Assembly: GCA_965178125.1 (NCBI GenBank)
Contig: OZ237763.1
Location: forward strand, 310,001 to 374,000
DNA from: Bilabrum cf. latius
Lineage: Eukaryota
Direction of reading: 5' to 3'
DNA: 64,000 bases
Shown piece by piece: positions 39,752-54,700 of the stretch. The notes beneath the pieces are model-generated. The model ran no database searches. It worked only from the letters and a program-made list of their open reading frames with translations, and was not told the origin of the DNA. The position numbers and the translations under genes were made by a program. Within the stretch, counting starts at the first letter, position 1. The number at the start of each line of letters is the position of its first letter.

Positions 39752-42700
39752 TCACGCCAATCGCTCCCTCAGGATCAGGTCCTCCAGCGAGACCCGCCCG
39801 TTTCTGCTCTTGGGAATGCTTCGTCTCTCTTTCACTCTCGCCGATCCGCCCGAAACCGACCCAGCTTCCCCCGAAGCAACCGACTCGTTGGGCGAGATGT
39901 GCCTAGACAAAGTTGTTCTCCCAGACTGCCTGCTTGTATCGCGCCCTGGAGAGTCGAGGTCTGGACTGTCGCCCCCGTCAGCATCCGTTGCGTCCACTCC
40001 GGCTCTTGCCGCCACTGAAGCCACCACGATGGCCCTGGCAGAGTCGCTGCCGAGCTTCCACAGGAAGAGCACAATAACTTTGCCCAGCTGCACCAAGGGT
40101 TCCTGCAGCACAATGTCAATAGCAAACGACACCAGGCTGGCAATGACCCAAGACCTCGCCTGCTCCGGCGTGAACAGTATCCCGTACAGGCAGCACAGGT
40201 AGAACATGAAGCCCACCACTACGAGCAGCACGCCGTACACCAGCCCAATCATCAGGCTTCTGTCCCACCACGCCTCTTCCCAATCTTCAACCTGCTGGTG
40301 CCTCCTTCTCTTGATCACCGCCCTCCTTCTCTTGAGCAGCTTCACGATTCTCAGCGCAGATGCGTGGAAAGTGGGATTGTCGCCCATGGCCTGTGCCAGC
40401 TCCGTGCGAATTCGGACTTGCTCCGTGCCGCTGTCGTGCAGTGCACCCCTGAGGCACTCGAATATGAAGTACCCTGCCATTATGAGCAGAGCAGGCAGCA
40501 CCTGCAGGCCAAAGACGGCCCCAGCGGCTTCTTCAGCGAACGGCAATGACAGCAAGCCCATGAGCACACCGCCAATCATCTGCAGCAGGATGGCAGGCAC
40601 CAACGCATATAGCGCGTTGTAGACCCAGCCTCTTCTCGACTGAATGAATGACACAGTGCCCAGCACTATCATACACAGGCCAATTCCGGCCAGGATAACG
40701 ATCGAACCAGCCGCTCCGTCCTGCTCCGCCCACACCTCTGCGCTCAGCAGGTAAAGCCCGAGAAGCATGCCCACGAAGCCAGCCCACACCCACACGATGG
40801 ACACGATACCGAGGGCATTCAGCCAAGGCCGGAGCCATTTGGCAGGCAGGGGTGCCTTCACGCTCAGCTGAGTCCGTCTGCCCGTGCTCGTGGTCTCTTG
40901 GGCAGCGCCAGCAAGGCGAAGACTGCGCACGATGCGCCTACAGGTCGAGTCAAACTCGCCCTCAAGCACGGCCCAGTTCTCTCTCGCGTCCTCAACACGT
41001 GTGCCATCTAAAGATGAAGATACATGGCCCTTATCCGGTGCTGTGGCCCCCTTTTGTCCCACTGACTCGCACCGGGAGCGAATGATTACTTCAACACCGT
41101 TGTTGCTTCGGCTGGTGGGCTCCCCTCTTGACATCGTCGCAACGTTGGGTATCATTTTCGACTCGGCGTGCACCCGCATTGCCAGTGCAGCAGCGAGTGA
41201 TGCAATGAGCTCGGGGTGTCGCCGAGACGCTTCGCCCTCAGGAAGCCCTTCATCGTTGTCGATTGTACTGCTGCCAGCAGCAGAAGCAGCAGCTGCACCC
41301 CGACTCGAGATAGAGCCAAGCCTGCTACCAAGAGAAGAAAGACCAAGCCGGCGCATGTGCTCTGTCTTGTGGAGGCTCTTCTGCGAGAGCATGCTGGGGT
41401 CCCGCATCAACTCGGGTTGGGCCACCACGTGTAGTAGGACGCTACGAACCTCGTTCAATGTGAGAACATGGCTCATGCCAGCAGGACTCCTCCGCTTGTA
41501 CACAAACCATTCTACAGCTGCATCCATGTCTGCAAGCGCACTGATCACCGCGCGTGACACGCTGACGGCTTCACGTGGGTCGATAGATGTCCTCGTTCCA
41601 ACAGAAGGCTCGCATGTGGGATCATCAGGAGCTGCATCGGAGTTATTGCGAGCACAGCGCCTGGCAGCTCGCAGTACCGCTTCGAGCGGAATGACGTGGT
41701 CTGATGGGTCATCACCACTCACGTCACTCCCGGCGTCTGAAGCAGTCGAAATGCCGCCAAAACCGACCATCCGAGTGCGACTGTCCGCGCAAGGCACCGC
41801 CTCCGTCGCGATGATCCCCCACGTGCCCTCGTTCGAATGCTTCGGGGGATCGACGTCTGCCTCGCAGGGTGAACCCGGAGGGATGGCACCAATCTCAACA
41901 GCATGGCCAATCGCAAGCCCGCCAGCCTTAGTGGATATAGCATCAGCCTGCTCAGCAGACCCTTGATTACCTCCTGCAGCTCCGTTGCTTTGCGGGCTCT
42001 GGGCAGCGCCATCATCTGCTGCTTCATACGGGCCAAAAGTCTGCGCTTGCTACTGAGCCTCACCATGATGCGAATCCAGCCCACTGAGATCATCACCGAT
42101 GACAGAAGGTGCCCGCTCGAGCACCCCATGCTCACCCGATTCCTGGAGTGCAGCAAGTGCTTCTGCCTTGCGGCCCGCCAGCTCCTTGGACCTTTGCTGT
42201 CTGACAGCGTAGGAAACGTCAAGACTTGCAGCACGGAACGTGTTGATGAACGCGAATAGAAACGGAGACAACCGCTTTACCGGGATCATGGAGGCCGCGG
42301 AAATAGCGGCAGAGACGAATCGGGCCGATACGCGCTCAGAATTGCTCCCGAAGAACACAGCATTGATAGCCATCGAGGTCAGGCATGTGGCCGTCAGGAT
42401 CAGCAAGCGCTGCGGCCGGGTCACCACCAGCAGGTCCTCCTTGGGCGTAAAGAAGATGCTGCCCCACATGTGGCCTCTACGCAGACCGTCAAGCCATTGC
42501 TGGGTCAGGTAGGCAACTACTAGCCAGAGTGTGCCTCGCTGTCGAAGGTCCATCCACTCATGCCTGGCGTCTTCCTTGTCCTGTCTAATTTCCTCCAGCT
42601 GCAGCCTAAGTCCCTCTTCTTCGCCTCGTACAGCGGCCTCGATCTGCTCCAGATCAACATAAGGCGGGTACACCGCGTACAGTTCCTTCTCGAGCGCCCC

Positions 42701-45700
42701 AGTCGCGCTCGCCAAACGACTGCTACCTTCTTCCTTTGATCTCCTGCTTGTCCTGGTCTTGTTGGATCCCTACTCGACCAATGATGCCCCCGACATGGAA
42801 TGCAAGGCATGCGAGCCATCGACTCCATCGAAAGCACCGCTAGCCAGTAAATCATCACGGGTCAAGCTCGGTCCTGCCACGTGAGTTGTTCCTTCTTCAC
42901 TAGTCGCAAGGTCTAGCTGTCGCACACTCACGTCCACGCCGGTTGACGGTGATTCCACGCTTGGCTGCTGGTTGGAGCCAACACTTGACGTGCTGACGGC
43001 ATACTTTTGGCGTGGAGTCGTCGGCATGGCACCGCGCGCCCTCGTTGCAGCATCATCTTCGTCGAGAACAGCCTTTGCCTGCCTTCGTTTCCTCTGTTCC
43101 TGAACGATTCCTCTCCTGTGCCTCTGCAGCACCTTGAGGTACACCTCTAGCTGGTCCTCAATGTGCAGCTGCTCCATGCCCACAGCCCTCTGAATCCGTC
43201 CAAATCGAAGCATGTGAGCCTGCCTCAGCTTCCTGAGCTCGGGCCTGCGCCAGCCCTCCACGATCGCGGATGTGACCCAAGCGGCCGCAAACGCCACCAA
43301 CAACACACCGAGTACAATCACAGGGAACAAGTTTTCGGGCCTGAGGTAGTTTATCAACAGCCCAGCATCTCCCACAGGGTCCACTCGATTTACCGTGGGA
43401 AGGTCTCTACGGACTACCGAAGTGAAGTCGGATAGGTGCGTCGTGGCACACACTGCAGCCCGTGCGCCGGTCACTACTTCAGTTTCCACACGTAGCAGAA
43501 CCAATCCCTCCGGCGACTCATCTGCGTAGCTTGATCCGTCCAGTCCATTACAGACAAAGTCCTCGGGAAGTGCATCTGGCCTGATTGGAAGTCTCACTAG
43601 GATGGGACACGCAAGGCCCGCCACACCCTGCTGCACCGAACCGGTTACTCCAGATTTGGCGAATGAAACCGACACAAAGCTTGATGGTCTATTCTCGCGC
43701 TCAGCGGTGGGAACGAGCAAATCTTGTGGTGTCTGTGGCGAAACGTCCCAGGCGACCAGGCGCACGTCCACGACGGGGCCGGCCAGCTCCAACTCAGGCT
43801 AAGCACCTATTGCGTCAACCCCAGCTTGCAACTAGCTGCCTTCAACGCGAAGACCCGCCTCACTGCGACCAGCAATAGATCGTCGAATAGATAGTCTTGC
43901 CGTCCCTGGCAACCCCACTTCGAGTGGCGCCTCACCAACCGCCACGTCTATCGATGCGGAAGCTGCCAGACGCTAAATGGTCGCATCGACCTATGTTCTG
44001 TATTCAGACAGCGTATTCACGCCCTACTGCAAGCGACGAGCTGTGCCAGTGCCTGTATTTTCATCTGCCAAGACTTCCTGCGCGAGGCCGAGAATCTGCC
44101 TGCCGATCGACCGAAGGGAATTCCGGGCCGACCCACTCCCCAGCGAGGATCGCTCCTACGCCCCAAACGCAACCAAAAGCCCCTCCAATCCGTCCTCGTC
44201 CACACTTGATATAGTACTGTTGAGCCTTTCCTATGCATTTTCAAGGACTTTGCTCAACAGCGACTGCAGGAGACCTTGTAGTTGCTGCCGATCCTCGGAG
44301 CGCAGCTCGCCTGGATCCTAGTACAGGCCGGATATCACGCTTAATGCCTGTTCGGCCTCATCTGGAGTGGCAGTCTCTAACTGCTCGAGCGACGATAGAA
44401 GTACTGCAAGCGCCGAGGCGCGCACGTCCTAGACAGACTCGAGAAGGGCGCCACTGATGTCGCAGGCTCTCCCGTGCCACCCGCTACTACACGTGCATAC
44501 GGCCGCACAACCAATAGAAAGTCCAGGGTTATGAACGCACGACAAGTCGTCTGGTATCCGCATACAGGAACCATGGCCACTGCATTCGACCGCGGGAACA
44601 CTGCCGCTGGGAACAAGAACCTGCGAGGATCCTGGACATGCCTGCACTGTTCTCAGGTCTGAAGAATCAGACTTACTCGCGGCGGGACCAATCAGGCACT
44701 GGCCAAAGAAACAGCTAGCTATATCTGTGGATCCAGCTGGTGCGGTGCAAGTCGTTGCATTGCAAAAGCTCTATGCCTCATTGCCTCGTGCTAGCGCACT
44801 GGCTTTGTCGGAAATAGTCTGAAGCACGGACAGAACCTCGTCCACGGCTTTGAACTCGGTCTCGCTGGACAAATTACCAACGCTATCACTGAGTCCTGCC
44901 AGTCTATCTTCGGCGATTGCACTGATATTTCCAACCAAGGATCCGGATGAATCTTGCTACTCAACTATTCTCACGATGACAGGCGAGCCGATCTGATCGT
45001 ACAGCGACTCAACCATGGAACCGAGCTGATCGCGTACCCGCACGCTAAGCACCACGGCCTATGCCACCCCAGGCGCACTCGTCAAGGCATCTCTCGCCTC
45101 CTCGCTTGGACTGACGACCACATTATCGATCGCAGGCGACTAGGAGAATCCCCGGGTCAGCGGAACGTACTCTACCGGGGACGCATTACCTAATGCAGCA
45201 GTCAAGCCAGCATTGGTCAATTGTCCTGCGCCTGCCAGCTGGGAAGCTGTTATTGGCAGCCGATAGTATCCGAAGCGGAAGGAGAGCGGCAAATGGTCAG
45301 CTTCGTCTGTCCATCCTACGGCACGCAACTTAAGACCATCACCCGCAGTTTGCGATAATAAACTAACAGACACAGGCTGTGCACTATTCCCAATAGTACC
45401 CTGATGAATAACCTCCAGGTGACCAGATGATGGAGGTGCGTTCGTTTCGATCACTACGGCGGCTGGAACAACCCAATCTTTTGTCGCACTTGACACGCGC
45501 ACTTCCACTCGGTACTGCGCACCCTCGGCCAACAGATCCGATCGAATGATTGCTTGGCCTAGCGAAGGCGCTCCACTGAAAACGGCTGCTCCAAGATCCT
45601 GGCCTCCGGTTGTTCCAGGAAGCACGCGGTACGCGGCAACAACATCAGAAGGCAAGACTGATGAATCTGTGGGTTGGATTAAAGGACCAACTGGTATCGG

Positions 45701-48700
45701 CAACCCAGTGGATCCGTCCAACATGATCGTATTCACGACGAGCCGTCTCTACGTGCTGATTATGGTTGCGTCATCGTCTGAACGGCCGCCGGCGACGACA
45801 GAAGAAGGGTCCACCTGAAGCTGCACGATGGGAGCTTGCACTATCTGGGATCCTGACAGATCTGAGTACGTTCCTACAATACAATAGGTTGTCTACTGCC
45901 TCCTTGCAAACGGGAATAAGGTTCCAACATTGACAGCCGCGCCCGGATTACGGACAATCGCCATGGACAGTGCCACCACGGAACCAGCCGGCAAGGCCCC
46001 ACCAGGCAGCTCCAGCACTGGTCCTATTCTGGCAGGTACAGACTGCAGATCACCGCGTAAGGCCGGTGAAACCGGAACAGAGGGTAGGAACTGGCTAGAA
46101 CTTGTACCCGTCAGGTTCAAACCTGGGCATGGCGCACCGTCAGTGAATGCGCGCGAGGCGGATGGCACGGATCCTGCGGCTGAGTCGACGAGTGCAGGGC
46201 TGGTCAGCCCTACATACAATAGCCTGCAGTCCCACTGGATCGATAGAGGCCTCGCTGTGACGTCAAGATCCGCCGAGCTGGTTCCGTCGAGCCGAATCGC
46301 TCTCTGATGCGGAACGAATCTTCGAGAACCTCCATTGATTGCGGCTCTCACACCATCCGGTCGTGTTGCAATGCGGACTACTGTCGAGGCAGACACGACA
46401 CCCGGTAAACGTACTCCGCCAATGATCAGCCTCTGTCGCACGGTAGCTCGCAGCGTGTACGATCTGCCGGCCCGAAGTGCGCCAGCGGGTAGCTCCAGTC
46501 GCCTTCCCCTCTATCTTCGATATCTACTCAGTTGCGATTCGGGCAGCAAATCAACCCGTAGGCTGGGATCTGAGACGCCAAAAGTGGGGCCCGCCGAAAC
46601 CATTGTCCACTCCACGGGCTCCTGCTCTACGTTCGCATCCACGCAAGGCGATGCGATAACCCGGGTCTAGAGACCAAAAGGCCTCAGAGCAGATCCCTCC
46701 ACGGTGTTGCCACCCTGCATGGAGATAATGGGGACGTTCTCAGCCACGCGAACGATCGTAATAGTTGCGGACCCCGTGCTCGTGGCGAGAAAATTTGCGA
46801 CTGTCACGCGCAAGGTAATATTTGTAGCTTGCGCAATGGCTGCTTGTGGCAGGGAAACAGATGCCCTGCGGCCGGCCGGGCCGTTCAAGAATGCCTATAC
46901 GGTGTCCACGTCAGTTGATCTCACCAAATGCCCCTGTATGGATATTAAGGACCACTAGAATGATAACGCACGCCCCAGATTGCCGTATGAAGAGTCCGCT
47001 GTGATTGTCACCCCATCACACGGGCCTATTGAGGTCGCGGTCTCAACCACGGCCACAGGCGGCTCGACCCGCCGCTTCGGGGGCTCAATTTGCAGGCATG
47101 TTGGTGCCATGGAGCGGAGTGAGAAGGGCGCAGACCGGAACACGCCACCTCGCAGCTGTAGTTGAGACAGCTCGCTATTGGTTCCTCTGACGAAGGATGT
47201 AGCCTACCCTGCTGTAGTGGTGGCGGCCGCCCGGCAGTTCAACACACCGGCCCATGGTCTGAGTGGTACGACTGTGGCACCAGCACCAAGGAACACATCA
47301 AGCTATCTTGACGACCTAAATGTGCACCATGCAGTCTGACCCTGCACTCCCTATGCCTGTGCAGCGAGAAGTCCTGCAACATTGGAGATGAGCTGACTAC
47401 AAGGCACTGACTGCAGCCGATTTGCGCCTATCGTGGCATCGACTTGGCCGGCAAATGTGATGGAAATACGAGACCCAGACGCATCGAATACTGCTGATTG
47501 CACAACTGGCGCTGGGCTCCGGTCACCGAGTGGTGCTTGCCCAGATGCAGTCGCGTATTGAGCTCGCTACGATTGTGGATTTGGCAATTCGACATTTGCG
47601 GATCGCACGGCGCTGGTACCCAGATCTATGATAGCCCCCGACTCAAAGCGTCCACTCTGCAACGCTGATAACGCAGGAATGGCGATTAGGTCACTCGGTG
47701 TGTGCCAAGCGCACATGGCGGGCTCACTCGAATCGTCGTCGCCGAATACTTCTGCTAGTGTGGCAGCGGATAGGATGGCTGGGTCTGTTGAACAGCGGAA
47801 GCCATCCTGTCGAACCGTGGCAAGCAACGACTGCGATGCTTCGAGTCCTGACAGGCTCGCAGGCAAGCTTGCAAGCACCTAGCGGCCGGCCATATTGGTG
47901 GCGCGGTCAAATCGTAGGAGGGCAGCATCCGCCACTTCGAGGAGGTCTGCTGACTTCAACTGGGGCGGATCGACGAAAACTGTTTCTATCTATCGCTGGG
48001 CAGGCTGAATCACTTCTGTCACGGACACTGTAGCTTCAAGGGGGTTGTCGCTGCCACCAGCACCCCGTGATTGCTAAGATGGCCCGTCGTACTAGGGGTC
48101 TGTGCTGCCGAACTCAAGGTAAATTGATCCACCACCTATCACCAGGGTTTCAGAAAGGTCAGAAGGCAGTGCCGAGCCGGGGCTGCTGCGGAGAACGAAG
48201 CTCACATCGTCTCGCCAGTCAGCGGGTTCAATCAGCCTGCGAGATCCCCCGATGACAGACAAGAAACCGCCGACTGTTGCATTGACTACGCAGTCAATTT
48301 GAACCGTAGCAGCTGGCCGGCTGCTCAGCTTAACCCGCAGCACTGCGTCTCTGAACGTGTATGAAGCAGAGCCGGGCCGAGTCTGTGTCACCGCCACAGT
48401 GGCCTCCCGCGGCCGGATGGACACCCCAACCTTATCAACTTCTCGTAGAGGAAGGAACACATTCGAAACGCTTCCAGCAGCAGACCGAGCGATTGCGCTG
48501 TACGTGCTATCAGTAGTTCCATCAGGGTCGATCCCGATCGTAATATTCACCGGCTTTCTTGGGGGAGATGCAATGCCGTCAGAAATTGTGAACAGCTTGA
48601 CAGCCTTTGGAATGCTCCAATCGCTAGGAGAGAACTCCATAGTTGCAAGTGATAGATTGCTAGCTGCATCAGGTGGTACATTACCGAGATCCTGCGCGAT

Positions 48701-51700
48701 CAAGCGCATCCTGACGATTCCTGCTGGCTATGATGCAAGGGCAAGTGCCACAAATGCAGAGCCACCTTCTGCCGTTACAGGTGCGGTTGCGACGCTATCA
48801 ATAGCGAGTAGATCAAATCCTACTGCGTTTAATGTATTCGTGCCGGAGCCATACCGAGGCAGCAGCCCGAGTGGGAGTGAAGTTGAGGCAGAGATAGGCG
48901 CATCTCCCGGGGCACTAAAGACTAGGAATCCAGCAGCATCGTTTGCAAGCGCTACGACTGTTAGGTTCACGGTCGTTAGCATTTCAGTTCTGTTTGAATC
49001 TAGCAGATGTAGCTCGAACTCGAGCGAGTCGCATCTGCTGGACGACCCTCCACCTGGAAGCTGAACCTGCAGACGGGTGGGTACGTCAAAGTTTTCCCGC
49101 TGCACGGTTGTCAGGACACTTCCACGCCGAATCAGATCTCTCAGATCTTGACCACGGTACGACAAAGGGAAGTTGACTTCTACGGCGCACTCAGAATCGT
49201 TGCCTTGTGCTGGTCCAGCAAAGGCTAAGACAGCACCTGTCCGCGTCACTGGATGAGACATGTATATGTCCAAAGCCAGTGTGGCGCCTCGCACCACTGT
49301 CACATCCGCACTAGAAGACTTTGCGTATGAGCCTCCTCCTGCTTCAGCTGCCCTATCTTCATCGACCTTGAAAAGGAAATTGTTTATGCCAGCAGGCAAC
49401 GAAGCACCTGGTGGCATCACACCATGTGGCTCAACCACAATCGCTGTTGAGCCTGATTGCGGCATAGCGCTCGGAGATGCTGATGCTGCTGCACCAGGAG
49501 AAGGTGTAGACGGCACTGGCTGGGTCGTAGACAGCTCCGGGCTCGCACTCACAGAACCACTTGGCGAGCTCGACGGACTCTGAGGCGCTGTTGGGGATGG
49601 AGTAGCAGTGATGCCCTAAGATGGGCTGGGGCTAGGCACCACTCCCTACAAAAACACTACCAGTACTGCACCTCGGTTTTCCCCCCCTGTATCGTCCAAC
49701 GCGGACCCCATGACTAGGTGTATCATCCCGTCCCCTCCCAAGCCTCGAATCCCTGCTGCATTTGAGGTCTAACTGCCTGCTTGCCACACCGGATCCAGAA
49801 CGCGATCAAGCCGGTTTAGCTTGACCGCCTGTCTCACTGGGACATTGGCTCCACCTGGATTCAAATACAGGATGTAGATCGCCCCAGACCAGGTTCCGCC
49901 TGCGTCTCCATATCTAGATCCAGCCAGCAAGTCATCTTGTCCGTCCCCGTCTAAATCGCCGCATCTCCCAATTCGACCGAATGAAGACCCGTCGATGGTG
50001 CCAGCCGGGATACCTCCCAAGCCGTCTTCAATGATCTCTACGGAGCCGGAAACAACCGTTCCAGTGGAACTGAGCCGGAACAGGGCGATGGCACCAGATG
50101 TAGACAAGTATTCCACGGCCAGATCTACCGGGTTACCGGGCAGTCGGGGGCTAAGCGGCACGATGAAATTGGAGAGGCGGCTATTTGCAGCACTCCAGTA
50201 CCCATCGAGGCCTTTCCCAGTTGCAGTCGATACCACCGTGTATTCTCTTACGGTATCGTCTCCCCGCATGAACAGGACGAACAAAGCACCGGCATTTGAA
50301 AGAGGGTTATCACTGAGCGGCTCTCCAACTATGATGTCAGACAGCTGGTCGCCGTCGATATCCCCAACGTCTCCTGTGACACCGTCACCAAACAAACCGC
50401 CCGACTGGATGGACCCGGCAGGCATACCCCCAAGCCCGTTCGCGATCTATTGCGTATGAACCACCGTTGCATTCGGCAGCAGTCGCATGATATATAGGGT
50501 TTCCGCCCGCCTGGCTCCACCCAGTAGCCTGGGCATGTGTCCCTGCTCGCCCATGGGCTGCTCCAGCCAGCCAGGAGTGCCGAACTGCACATCGTTGACC
50601 GCATCAACTTCGGCACCGCCCTCAGTCGCAGAGATTTTCTGGTGCTTTCGTAGCGTGCCATTCTAGTTCAGGAAGAATACGTACACTGCCCCGCTATCTT
50701 CACCGCCGTCATCATCACTTGGTGCGTACACCGCAATCTCGTCAATTCCGTCCTTATCCAGGTCGCCGAGACCAACTAGACCGAATCCCAACCGGTCATC
50801 ATTGTCTAAGACTCCACTGGGCAGACCATTGAGGCCGCTGGCAATCTTAATCGCGGATCGTACAGATCCAATGGACAGCGGAGCCCCACTTGAGCTGGGG
50901 CTACTGCTGGTGCTTGGTGTGGGCGAGGTGCTAGGGCTAAGACTTGGGCTAGGACTCGTGCTTGGACTCGGACTTGTGCTCGCTGTCGGCGATGGCGACA
51001 CGCTTGGTGCCAGCACTGTCTCCGTGCGGAAGATATACACCGCGCCGCTGCCGCTCGAGTTCAAGGCTCCTCCATGCCCGGGTGCACCGACGAATGCATC
51101 AAAGTCACCGTCCCAGTCAAAGTCCACCACGCCCACACCCGAGCCGAATCGCGCCCCCGCCTCCAGCTCATCGCCCAGATCACCCGAGTCGTACCGTCTG
51201 CTCGTGGTGCTGCTGTTGCCCACGATCGTCACTTGCGTCACGTTCCATGTGCCATTCAGACTCACGGCAAACACCCTGCCCACGTCGTCATCCTACCCCC
51301 TGCCCCAACCAGGAGACCCCACGTACACCTCCACGAACCTGTCCCCGGTGTGGTCCAGCGAGACCTCCACAGAGGCGCCGAAGGCCTCTCCGCCGGACGG
51401 ACCGAAGCGCGCAGGGGGCCGCAGCACCTACACAGTCTCCAACGCGTGCCCGCTGCCATTCACACGAACCATAAACACCGCACCAAGCCCTCCTGGGTCC
51501 TGACCTGATGCACCGATCGCCACCACGTCCTCGCTGCCAGGTACCCCAGACACGCCAGACCCGAACCGCGCTCCCACATGCGACATGTAAGCAGTGCCAA
51601 CCAGCCCCTGCTGCTGGCTGATCTTCCTAGAAGATACCACCCAGCCAGTGCTGTCCAGCCCAAGCAGCCATACAGCGCCCGCGCCCGATCCCACCCCGCT

Positions 51701-54700
51701 GCTACTGTCTCCAGGAGCGCCCACACACACATCGGGATCCCCGTCGCTGTTGAAGTCGCCCATCCCAGACACAGATGCACCAAACCAGTCGCCCGCCGAC
51801 AGCATGCCGCTGAAGCCAGACTCGCCGGTGGCAATGCGCTTTGTGATGTCATACACGGACCCGTTCGTCTGCAGAAACAACAGGAATGCCGAGCCCCGCC
51901 CGTCCTGCGCACCGGGCGCACCCACAAGCAGGTCGATGAAGTCCACGTTGTTGCCGAGTCCACGCACTGCGCTGACCGCCAGGCCAAAGCCATCACTGGG
52001 CTCCACTGATGGATGGATGCTCGCGCCCGTGTGCTCCACGAGGCTCAACACCTGCGCGCCCGCACGAGAGCCGTTCGCCATCAGCGCCACAAAGGCCGAC
52101 CCATTCGACCCCAGGACCAGGTCGATGTACCCGTTGCCATCGAGGTCCCCGAGCACGCCGACGCTGCGACCGATGCCGCCGAACGGTCCGGTTCGGTTGG
52201 CCAGGTGTACCCGACTCTGCTCCAGGATGCCGGTAGGCACGAAGGCGCCGGGGTATGGACTCGCAGAGACAGTGGACGATGGGCTGGTGCTTGGCGTGGG
52301 CGAGGTGCTTGGGGGGCTGCTGGTGCTTGGTGTGGGCGAGTTGCTAGGGCTAAGACTTGGGCTCGGACTCGTGCTTGGACTCGGACTTGTGCTCGCTGTC
52401 GGCGATGGCGACACGCTTGGTGCCAGCACTGTCTCCGTGCGGAAGATATACACCGCGCCGCTGCCGCTCGAGTTCAAGGCTCCTCCATGCCCGGGTGCAC
52501 CGACGAATGCATCAAAGTCACCGTCCCAGTCAAAGTCCACCACGCCCACACCCGAGCCGAATCGCGCCCCCGCCTCCAGCTCATCGCCCAGATCACCCGA
52601 GTCGTACCGTCTGCTCGTGGTGCTGCTGTTGCCCACGATCGTCACTTGCGTCACGTTCCATGTGCCATTCAGACTCACGGCAAACACCCTGCCCACGTCG
52701 TCATCCTACCCCCTGCCCCAACCAGGAGACCCCACGTACACCTCCACGAACCTGTCCCCGGTGTGGTCCAGCGAGACCTCCACAGAGGCGCCGAAGGCCT
52801 CTCCGCCGGACGGACCGAAGCGCGCAGGGGGCCGCAGCACCTACACAGTCTCCAACGCGTGCCCGCTGCCATTCACACGAACCATAAACACCGCACCAAG
52901 CCCTCCTGGGTCCTGACCTGATGCACCGATCGCCACCACGTCCTCGCTGCCAGGTACCCCAGACACGCCAGACCCGAACCGCGCTCCCACATGCGACATG
53001 TAAGCAGTGCCAACCAGCCCCTGCTGCTGGCTGATCTTCCTAGAAGATACCACCCAGCCAGTGCTGTCCAGCCCAAGCAGCCATACAGCGCCCGCGCCCG
53101 ATCCCACCCCGCTGCTACTGTCTCCAGGAGCGCCCACACACACATCGGGATCCCCGTCGCTGTTGAAGTCGCCCATCCCAGACACAGATGCACCAAACCA
53201 GTCGCCCGCCGACAGCATGCCGCTGAAGCCAGACTCGCCGGTGGCAATGCGCTTTGTGATGTCATACACGGACCCGTTCGTCTGCAGAAACAACAGGAAT
53301 GCCGAGCCCCGCCCGTCCTGCGCACCGGGCGCACCCACAAGCAGGTCGATGAAGTCCACGTTGTTGCCGAGTCCACGCACTGCGCTGACCGCCAGGCCAA
53401 AGCCATCACTGGGCTCCACTGATGGATGGATGCTCGCGCCCGTGTGCTCCACGAGGCTCAACACCTGCGCGCCCGCATGAGAGCCGTTCGCCATCAGCGC
53501 CACAAAGGCCGACCCATTCGACCCCAGGGCCAGGTCGATGTACCCGTTGCCATCGAGGTCCCCGAGCACGCCGACGCTGCGACCGATGCCGCCGAACGGT
53601 CCAGTCCGGTTAGCCAGGGGTACCCGGCTCTGCTCCAGGATGCCGGTAGGCACGAAGGCGCCGGGGTATGGACTCGCAGAGACAGTGGACGATGGGCTGG
53701 TGCTTGGCGTGGGCGATGCGCTTGGGCTACTGCTGGTGCTTGGTGTGGGCGAGGTGCTTGGACTCGGGCTCGGGCTCGGAGGCACCCCACCCATGAATGC
53801 AATGAACAGCGCGCCTCTGTTGGAGCCTCCAGTGTCGTCCTAGCTTGCGGCAAAGACCAGATCAGTGCGGCCGTCCCCGTCAAGATCACCCAAGGGAGTG
53901 CCGGCTGTGAAGAGCGTACTGCTTACCGCAATACCGTTCAAAGCCCCGGTGCTTGGTTCGATCTTTGTGATTGATTTGACTGCATCTGCCTGGGAGCCTG
54001 AGTTGAGATAGAATACGTACGCCGTATTCTCAAGGCGAGCTCCGACGAACAGGTCCTCGTTCCCGTCTCCGTCCATATCACCAGCGTTCCGGACCGGAAA
54101 CCCCAGCTCCGATCCCAGTCCGATTGCACTGATTGGCAGCCCCTCCTCGCCGTTCTCAATTGTCTCGGGGGGCCCAATAGCACCAGATGCGTTGAGCCGC
54201 ACAATGTGGAGTCGGTCAGCAGACAGCTCAGCAATGACTAAATCCACCGGATTGCCAGCAGACCGCGGGCTGATGGCAGCAATTGAGAATCCGATGGAGC
54301 TGACACCGGACGGCATCCCTTCTCCGCTCGCCGGCGAAATTCGAAAGTGGTTATGAATCGTGTCGTTGCCGTTCATTAACAGCACAAAGACTGCACCAGT
54401 GTCGGGTGCGCCTGCATCAGTGCTCGGCGCCCCGGCGGCAATGTCATTCAAGCCATCCCCATCGAGATCTCCCAAGCTACCCGAGATCGCACGCCCGAAT
54501 AAATCACCGGAGCCTATGGTGGAAACAGGCATGCCACCCACACCGTTTCCGATCTCCTGCTAATGTGCCACGGTACCATTTGGAAAAATTCGAAGCACCA
54601 ATACTGAACCAGCGTTGGTAGCGCCTGCATCGCTCTAGAACATACCTACCGCAATTCTCGGCAAGTGGCCGTCATCACCGGAGGGCTGGTCCAGCCGCAC

